The notes under the pieces: generated by a model | What the model was told of the DNA's origin: nothing | The model's database searches: none | The model's input: only the letters and a program-made list of their open reading frames with translations | Assembly (NCBI GenBank): GCA_964016885.1 | Contig: OZ024743.1 | Span: 287,432,001 to 287,496,000 of the forward strand | From: Eledone cirrhosa | Lineage: Eukaryota | Direction of reading: 5' to 3' | DNA: 64,000 nucleotides | Made by a program: the position numbers and the translations under genes | In this document: positions 50,893-64,000 of the stretch, piece by piece | How the letters are laid out: each line of letters starts with the position of its first letter | Position numbering within the stretch: position 1 is the first letter of the stretch

Positions 50893-51092
50893 TACAATAT
50901 TAAACAAATGGAAACTATATTTATAAAACCATATTTATTTCATTATACATATTTCAGGGATACCATATTAAAAATATGGCATGCCTTCGTCAGATAAAAT
51001 ACAATATATATACAGTTTTATAAATAATTTTGATATGTATAATGAAATAAATATGGTTTTATAAATATAGTTTCCATTTGTTTAATATTGTA
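50893..51092. repeat. Inverted repeat (~60-bp arms) containing a hammerhead-like motif on - (50943-51001)
   Basis: - strand TATTTTAT CTGACGA AGG..CCATATT-TTT-AATATGG..CCT GAAA TATG TA; same family as 7670-7745. Confidence 0.7.
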
Positions 51093-51180
51093 TATCTACT
51101 CCAAAAACTTGTCGAGTGCTTTATATCAGTTATAAAATATTTACTTGTTGTAACCCAACAGTTTTAAATAAAACTTTTGC

Positions 51181-51215
51181 ATATATATATTATATATATA
51201 TATATTATATATATA

Positions 51216-51282
<67 letters not shown>

Positions 51283-51332
51283 ATATTATATATATATATA
51301 TTATATATATATATATATTATCTCTCTATATA

Positions 51333-51371
<39 letters not shown>

Positions 51372-51376
51372 ATATA

Positions 51377-51420
<44 letters not shown>

Positions 51421-51468
51421 ATATATATATATTATATATATATATATAATATATATATATTATATATG

Positions 51469-51502
<34 letters not shown>

Positions 51503-51992
51503 TATACGGGGTAACAAATATATATTATATATATTATATATATTATATATATATATTATATATATTATATATATATATTATATATATATTATATATATTA
51601 TATATATATTATATATATATATATTATATATATATATTATATATATAATATATAATATATAATATATAATATATAATATAATATATAATATATAACATAA
51701 TATATAATATATAATATATTATATAATATATAATATATAATATATAATATATAATATATATATATATATAATATAATATATAATATATAATATATATAAT
51801 ATATAATATATATAATATATATATAATATATAATATAATATATAATATATATTATATATATATATAATATATAATATATATTATATATAATATATATTAT
51901 ATATATATATAATATATAATATATATTATATATATATATTATATATATATATATATATTATATATAATATATATAATATATAATATATATAT

Positions 51993-52033
<41 letters not shown>

Positions 52034-52180
52034 TATATATTATATATATATATATTATATATATATATATTATATATATATTATATATATATTATATATA
52101 TAATATATATATTATATATATATTATATATATTATATATATATATATTATATATATATATATATATATTATATATAATAT

Positions 52181-52235
<55 letters not shown>

Positions 52236-52313
52236 ATATATATATATATATATTATATATACATATATAATATATATATATATAATATATATATATAGAT
52301 AATATATATATAT

Positions 52314-52354
<41 letters not shown>

Positions 52355-52422
52355 TATATATATATAGAGATAATATATATATATATATATAATATATATA
52401 TATAATATATATTATATATATA

Positions 52423-52499
<77 letters not shown>

Positions 52500-52592
52500 A
52501 TTATATATATATATATATTATATAAGATATTATATATATAATATCTTATATATATTATATAAGATATTATATATATATATATATATATTATA
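51181..52592. repeat. Interrupted (TA)n satellite with a central AA-punctuated block
   Basis: Directly visible. Confidence 0.95.
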
Positions 52593-52593
52593 T

Positions 52594-53175
52594 GAGAGAG
52601 AGACTGAGCATAAGAGGAATCAAATGCTGCGTGCAGGAGAGGCGGTTACGCTGGTATGGACATGTGATGCGTATGAAGGATGACAGCTGCATAAAAAGGT
52701 GCAGAGCACTAGAAGTTGATGGAAACCGCGGAGTGGGGAGACCCAAGATGACTTGGGATGAGGTGATAAAAGCCGACCTTACCCAACTACACCTCTCAAA
52801 GTCAATGACACACGACCGTGACTTCTGGCGTCACGCAGTAATACAGGGTACCCGACCTCCCATGGGTACATGCTGAAGCATATAAACAATATGCCCCCCC
52901 CCCCACCGCAAGGTGGTCGTGGAGGTGCCACGGCAAAAAAGCACCCAGCCCACACTGTAAAGTGGACGTGTAGGCGCCACGAAAAAGCACCCAGCACTCA
53001 CTGTAAATGAGGTTGGTGTTAGGAAGGGCATCCAGCTGTAGAAATCAAGCCAGATCAGTTCCTGTATGAGCAAGGCATGGTCAGCCGACCAGACACTGCC
53101 CACAACAGGACAACCCGTCTAACCCATGCTAGCGTGGAAGAACGGACGTAAAACGGTGATGATGATGATGATGAT
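52594..53175 (+). mobile_element. RTE family A 3' fragment
   Basis: Matches 18383-18990. Confidence 0.94.
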
Positions 53176-53176
53176 A

Positions 53177-53252
<76 letters not shown>

Positions 53253-53459
53253 ATATATATTATATTATATATATATATTATATATATATATATTATATAT
53301 ATATATATATATATAATATATATATATATATTATATATATATATAATATATATATAATATATATATATATATAATATATATGTAATATATATATATATAT
53401 AATATATATATATATATAATATATATATATATATAAATATATAATATATATAATATATT

Positions 53460-55140
53460 GTTATACTTTGGGAGGGTCATGTTGCCAATAAGAAACACAC
53501 GCACCAGTTGCTTTCACTTCAATTTATTATAATAAATTTATAAATTTCTGGTTGGTTGGTTGGTTCCACAACCAGATAGTTGTTTATATATTGTCACAGT
53601 TCTTTCGTCACACACTCTGTGACCTCTTCAGTGACTGGGGATTCCTTTCTTTGTTTTTGTGCCTCTCCTTTCTTCTGTCCTACGCCATTTTGTTTCTGTG
53701 TGTTGTGTGCTCAGTCTGTGCATGCGCCACATCCGGGTGTCTGTGTGTTTATGTTCATTTATTTATTTGTTTATTTACATGTTACTGGTTGGTTGTTTGT
53801 TCTATGTGTGTGTGTGTTTTCATTTTGTCCTTAATTGTAAATTGTGATGTTGCTGTTCCACTCATATTTTCTATTTAATTTTGGTTGTAATTCTTTTATG
53901 TTTATTGCCTCTGTGATTTGTCTAAACATTGCGTCTTTTCTGTGTGTAGATTCTATTTTTATTTCTATATGTTCTCTAATTTACCCTGTGTTCTATTTTA
54001 GCATGTTGGTAGAGTACAGATGATTCTTTACTATCTTGAAGGTCTCGCCAGTGTTCATTTATCCGTTCCCCTACACTACGAGCTGTCTCACCTATGTACA
54101 CTATATTTTTGTCTCTACATTGTCTCAGTACATCTTATGCTATACACTACATTTCTAGTTTTACAGTTAATATGGGGGCTTATTTTACAGGTTATATACA
54201 TTTCTTATCTATACATGAGGGTCTTTGAAAAGGGTATGTCTTGCTAATAAGTGTTTTTACGGAGGTACCTGGTCTTTCTATTATTTTAATATTGAGTTTA
54301 TGTTTATCTAGGGCCCTTCTAAATTTGTAAGCTAATTCACCTCTAGGGGTTGTATCGATGAACATTACACTCTGGTATTTATTGCTATCAAACCATGAGT
54401 TTATTCTATTAGCCTTGTTCCTAGTTCTTTCTATTCTATTCCAAAATTTGCTCCTATACAAGGGGCAGGTCCCATTTATGTCATTATTTACCATTTTTTC
54501 CCATTTGGTTCTGGCTCCTCTATACACTCTGATTTTATCTCTCTGATTGTAGCCAGAGAACTGCATACGGTGGATGAAGTGTTGTATGTGTCTCTCTAGT
54601 TCTTCGGAGTTGCACATGCGGGGACACATTTCTCATCACCCGTACCAATCCGCAATCAGTATGTTGATTTTGGTATGGTCCGAAATGGCCGAGTTTCGGT
54701 GGATCAGATGTTTGGAAGTCATGGGTTTGGCATAATGGGAATGGAGGATTTGTTTTTTGTTATTAATTGTATCTAACCAGAGCCCTGTGTCTAGTACAGG
54801 TAATCGATGGTTGGGTGTTTACTTGGGTAGTCTATAGTAACTCTAATGCTCTGGTGGATGGAGTTAGCTATTTGCTGGATGCTTTCCATTGTGTTTTTCT
54901 CTAGTTCCTGACTGTTCTCTAGTGGGGTCTCTTAACTACGATGTTTATATCATCAACGTAGCGGGAGTACATTATCAGGGTTAAGGGGACTTCTAATTGT
55001 TCTTTAAGTTTAAGTTTAAGTCTACTGTCCCACCATACCATGAATAAGTTAGCTATGTCGCCTGCAATGCTAACACCAATGGCTGCTCCTTCCTCTTGGG
55101 CATATGTTTTTCCATTAAATTTGAACATATGTTCCTTAAG
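53460..55140 (-). mobile_element. Penelope-like element 2 (decayed RT, C-terminal region, 3' pLTR)
   Basis: GAAIGVSIAGDIANLFM, YSRYVDD, LPVLD, HSHYAKPM, RMQFSGY, YRSKFW; hammerhead-like motif in the 3' repeat. Confidence 0.85.
53593..53635 (-). ncRNA. Type I minimal hammerhead-like motif (G at cleavage position 17, probably inactive)
   Basis: GTCA CTGAAGA G GTCACA-GAGTG-TGTGAC GAAA GAAC TG TGAC. Confidence 0.7.
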
Positions 55141-55142
55141 GA

Positions 55143-55500
55143 ACATATTAAAAATTTTACTATATTTATGTGTAGGGGGAAAATGCTTCGTAATAAGTGA
55201 AAGAAAGATCTTAGCTAATGGTGTGGCCACCTCCATATTATATGGTGGGTTATACCAACAAATGCGACGGGATCTATTTCTTCTAGGTCTATTTGCGTAC
55301 TCTGTATATGCTACCTTATCGACAAATCCACTTCGAGCAAGAGCTTCATTGTAATAAGTGGAATGGTCGTTGAAATACGCTCGTTGGTGGAAAGACGGGA
55401 AAGCTCAACGAAACGTTTCTTACCAGGTTCTTGGTTATGCTGGCAGGATGGTTGGAATGCTTACTTATGTAATTAAGCGTATCATACGGGTAATACAACC

Positions 55501-55501
<1 letters not shown>
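55143..55501 (-). mobile_element. Penelope-like element 3, post-RT fragment (duplicated at 57391-57663)
   Basis: YISKHSNHPASI..YNEAL..SGF..RRICWYNPPY..FLSLITKHFP..KIFN. Confidence 0.8.
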
Positions 55502-55544
<43 letters not shown>

Positions 55545-55614
55545 ATTATATATATATATATATATTATATATATATATTATATATATATATATATATTAT
55601 ATATATATATTATA

Positions 55615-57058
55615 TAATATGAGAGACGTTAAAATAAGAAAATTATAAAATTACCTTACTTACTAAAAAATCACTTCCAACTAATTAGTTTCTGGAATGG
55701 AGTAAATATATTTTCCGAAGAAACTTATCGAAATCATTCCGTCATCAGGAAAGTCTTTTTCCGTATAGGTCTCCAGGCATAGCGAGGACACTGGAAACTT
55801 ATTAAAAAAAATAATTCAGTGGAATGGAAATAGCGATGCGTGGACTGGATTCCAAGCCATTGAGAAAATCACTGCCTCCACGTCCGTGGCAAATTCAAAA
55901 AGAATCAATCACGTGACATCGAGGTCAATCAGTGGAAAGCGAGTGGTTATTAAGACAGCGGCCAGCTTACTACCATAGTAGCAGTCATGGCCAAATATTG
56001 CTCGACAAATGAATTGGAGATAATTATAAGGAATTTATATCTAGTAACATTTATATACACACAGATGCATATCAATGCTAGCAAATATATAGGTTTTGTC
56101 TTATTAACAATGTGGTTCAATGCATGGGGTTGCAGAACAATAATATGAGACGTAAAATAAGAAAATTATAAAATTAACTTACTTACTAAAAAATCACTTC
56201 TAACTAATTAGTTTCTGGAATGGAGTAAATATATTTTCCGAAGAAACTTTTAAATTTGCCACGGACGTGGAGGCAGTGATTTTCTCAATGGCTTGGAATC
56301 CAGTCAACGCATCGCTATTTCCATTCCACTGAATTATTTTTTTTAATAAGTTTCCAGTGTCCTCGCTATGCCTGGAGACCTATACGGAAAAAGACTTTCC
56401 TGATGACGGAATGATTTTCGATAAGTTTCTTCGGAAAATATATATATATATATATATATATATAATGGTTGTATTACCCGTATGATACGCTTAATTACAT
56501 AAGTAAGCATTCCAACCATCCTGCCAGCATAACCAAGAACCTGGTAAGAACAATAATATGAGAGACGTAAAATAAGAAAATTATAAAATTAACTTACTTA
56601 CTAAAAAATCACTTCCAACTAATTAGTTTCTGGAATGGAGTAAATATATTTTCCGAAGAAACTTATCGAAAATCATTCCGTCATCAGGAAAGTCTTTTCG
56701 TATAGGTCTCCAGGCATAGCGAGGACACTGGAAACTTATTAAAAAAAATAATTCAGTGGAATGGAAATAGCGATGCGTTGACTGGATTCCAAGCAATTGA
56801 GAAAATCACTGCCTCCACGTCCGTGGCAAATTCAAAAGTTTCTTCGGAAAATATATTTACTCCATTCCAGAAACTAATTAGTTGGAAGTGATTTTTTAGT
56901 AAGTAAGTTAATTTTATAATTTTCTTATTTTAGGTCTCTCATATTATTGTTCTGCAACCCCATGCATTGAACCACATTGTTAATAAGACAAAACCTATAT
57001 ATTTGCTAGCATTGATATGCATCTGTGTGTATATAAATGTTACTAGATATAAATTCCT

Positions 57059-57109
<51 letters not shown>

Positions 57110-57662
57110 ATATATATCTAAGGCGGGTAAAATTGCCGAGATCCATGGACGAATTCTCTCCAGCGGTCTCTGTCCCTCATTATCGCTGCCNNNNNNNNNN
57201 NNNNNNNNNNNNNNNNNNNNNNNNNNNNNNNNNNNNNNNNNNNNNNNNNNNNNNNNNNNNNNNNNNNNNNNNNNNNNNNNNNNNNNNNNNNNNNNNNNNN
57301 NNNNNNNNNNNNNNNNNNNNNNNNNNNNNNNNNNNNNNNNNNNNNNNNNNNNNNNNNNNNNNNNNNNNNNNNNNNNNNNNNNNNNNNNNNCCTCCATATT
57401 ATATGGTGGGTTATACCAACAAATGCGACGGGATCTATTTCTTCTAGGTCTATTGCGTACTCTGTATATGCTACCTTATCGACAAATCCACTACGAGCAA
57501 GAGCTTCATTGTAATAAGTGGAATGGTCATTGAAAATACGCTCGTTGGTGGAAAGACGGGAAAGCCTCAACGAAACGTTTCTTACCAGGTTCTTGGTTAT
57601 GCTGGCAGGATGGTTGGAATGCTTACTTATGTAATTAAGCGTATCATACGGGTAATACAACC

Positions 57663-57718
<56 letters not shown>

Positions 57719-58824
57719 ATTATATATATATATATATATTATATATATATATTATATATATATATATATTATATATATATATTATATAATATGAGAGACG
57801 TAAAATAAGAAAATTATAAAATTACCTTACTTACTAAAAAATCACTTCCAACTAATTAGTTTCTGGAATGGAGTAAATATATTTTCCGAAGAAACTTATC
57901 GAAAATCATTCCGTCATCAGGAAAGTCTTTTTCCGTATAGGTCTCCAGGCATAGCGAGGACACTGGAAACTTATTAAAAAAAATAATTCAGTGGAATGGA
58001 AATAGCGATGCGTTGACTGGATTCCAAGCCATTGAGAAAATCACTGCCTCCACGTCCGTGGCAAATTCAAAAGAATCAATCACGTGACATCGAGGTCAAT
58101 CAGTGGAAAGCGAGTGGTTATTAAGACAGCGGCCAGCTTACTACCATAGTAGCAGTCATGGCCAAATATTGCTCGACAAATGAATTGGAGATAATTATAA
58201 GGAATTTATATCTAGTAACATTTATATACACACAGATGCATATCAATGCTAGCAAATATATAGGTTTTGTCTTATTAACAATGTGGTTCAATGCATGGGG
58301 TTGCAGAACAATAATATGAGAGACGTAAAATAAGAAAATTATAAAATTAACTTACTTACTAAAAAATCACTTCTAACTAATTAGTTTCTGGAATGGAGTA
58401 AATATATTTTCCGAAGAAACTTTTAAATTTGCCACGGACGTGGAGGCAGTGATTTTCTCAATGGCTTGGAATCCAGTCAACGCATCGCTATTTCCATTCC
58501 ACTGAATTATTTTTTTTAATAAGTTTCCAGTGTCCTCGCTATGCCTGGAGACCTATACGGAAAAAGACTTTCCTGATGACGGAATGATTTTCGATAAGTT
58601 TCTTCGGAAAATATATATATATATATATATATATATAATGGTTGTATTACCCGTATGATACGCTTAATTACATAAGTAAGCATTCCAACCATCCTGCCAG
58701 CATAACCAAGAACCTGGTAAGAACAATAATACTCCATTCCAGAAACTAATTAGTTGGAAGTGATTTTTTAGTAAGTAAGGTAATTTTATAATTTTCTTAT
58801 TTTACGTCTCTCATATTATATAAT

Positions 58825-58894
<70 letters not shown>

Positions 58895-58896
58895 AT

Positions 58897-58940
<44 letters not shown>

Positions 58941-59533
58941 GGTTGTATTACCCGTATGATACGCTTAATTACATAAGTAAGCATTCCAACCATCCTGCCA
59001 GCATAACCAAGAACCTGGTAAGAACAATAATATGAGAGACGTAAAATAAGAAAATTATAAAATTAACTTACTTACTAAAAAATCACTTCCAACTAATTAG
59101 TTTCTGGAATGGAGTAAATATATTTTCCGAAGAAACTTATCGAAAATCATTCCGTCATCAGGAAAGTCTTTTTCCGTATAGGTCTCCAGGCATAGCGAGG
59201 ACACTGGAAACTTATTAAAAAAAATAATTCAGTGAATGGAAATAGCGATGCTTTGACTGGATTCCAAGCCATTGAGAAAATCACTGCCTCCACGTCCGTG
59301 GCAAATTCAAAAGTTTCTTCGGAAAATATATTTACTCCATTCCAGAAACTAATTAGTTGGAAGTGATTTTTTAGTAAGTAAGTTAATTTTATAATTTTCT
59401 TATTTTACGTCTCTCATATTATTGTTCTGCAACCCCATGCATTGAACCACATTGTTAATAAGACAAAACCTATATATTTGCTAGCATTGATATGCATCTG
59501 TGTGTATATAAATGTTACTAGATATAAATTCCT

Positions 59534-59535
<2 letters not shown>
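55615..59535. repeat. Nested direct/inverted array of a ~430-540 bp pLTR-like unit with six hammerhead-like motifs
   Basis: TTTC CTGATGA C GGAA-TGAT-TTTC GATA AG-TTT-CT TC GGAA at 55711-55753(-), 56396-56438(+), 56649-56692(-), 57882-57924(-), 58569-58611(+) and 59123-59165(-). Confidence 0.8.
57191..57390. other. Assembly gap (200 N)
   Basis: Run of N; the flanks overlap each other. Confidence 0.99.
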
Positions 59536-59582
<47 letters not shown>

Positions 59583-59588
59583 ATATAT

Positions 59589-60325
59589 ATCTAAGGCGGG
59601 TAAAATTGCCGAGATCCATGGACGAATTCTCTCCAGCGGTCTCTGTCCCTCATTATCGCTGCCACGTCAAAACAAAATATCTGGTAGAGAATGTTGAGAA
59701 GCCAGAGGGGATCACTAATGTAGGTGGGAAGCCGCTAGAATTGGTTGAGGGCTTCCTGTATTTGGGAGCAAAGATTGGAATACGGAAGATGATGTGGTTG
59801 AGAGGAAGAGCAAGGCCTGGGTGGCGTGCCACAGCTTGAGATCGGTGTGGAACTCGGACCTTCGTAGAGACCTGAAAGTCTGCCTCTTCATTGCTGTAGT
59901 GGAGTCTGTGCTGCTGTATGGGTCTAAGACTTGGACACTGACCAAGAAACTCACTCAGATGGTGGATGGGTGCTACACGAGAATGTTGAGGACGGCTCTG
60001 AACATTAATCAGTATACACTGACGATGAAAAACTCAGAGCTGTATGGGAGCATCCCAAAACTCAGCTCAAAAGTGACACAGAGGAGACTGAGGTTAGCTG
60101 GACATGCTCACCGACATCCAAAGTTGACATTGCATTCAGTGCTACTTTGGGAGCCCCTACATGGACACACTAGAAGAGGAAGACAAGGTTAACGTATCTT
60201 GATGCCCTAAGGTTCGACACTGGTCTGTTGGAGACGCAGGACATGGCAGCGATAATGAGGGACAGAGACGGCTGGAGAGAACTCGTCCATGGATCTCGGG
60301 AATTTTACCCGCCTTAGATGTAGAC
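59589..60325 (+). mobile_element. RTE-clade LINE family D 3' fragment preceded by an inverted 80-bp copy of its own 3' end
   Basis: FLYLG, VESVLLYGSKTWTL, RRLRLAGH, LLWEP; 59589-59668 is the reverse complement of 60240-60319 with about 4 mismatches. Confidence 0.88.

Positions 60326-64000
<3,675 letters not shown>

Overview
Eukaryotic, AT-rich and repeat-saturated animal genomic DNA. The repeat set (RTE LINEs with (GAT)n tails, tRNA-derived CORE- and Nin-type SINEs, Penelope-like elements, very long (TA)n arrays) suggests an octopus or other cephalopod; this is inference. One host gene is supported: a 3-exon, + strand GH31 MYORG-like type II membrane protein (9307-9792, 12461-13868, 24904-25166; about 718 aa). 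It keeps the nucleophile Asp but appears to have lost the acid/base Asp, so it is a candidate pseudo-glycosidase. Upstream of it lie a ~0.9 kb fold-back element and a probable divergent promoter with a non-coding first exon on the - strand. The rest of the window is mobile DNA: a tandemly duplicated R4/Dong-like restriction-like-endonuclease retrotransposon, at least four RTE families (three carry a PHD finger inside the RT), three Penelope-like fragments, an internally deleted mariner and many SINEs. The most unusual signals are: (1) at least 12 minimal type I hammerhead-like motifs from at least five unrelated repeat families, two of them perfect; (2) repeated head-to-head pairs of same-family retroelements inserted in (TA)n, plus one twin-priming-type inversion; (3) a covarying structured RNA motif at the 5' end of non-autonomous RTE-like elements; (4) a polar, higher-order (TA)n satellite spanning 29.6-64 kb. 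The 200-N gap is flanked by a probable assembly overlap.
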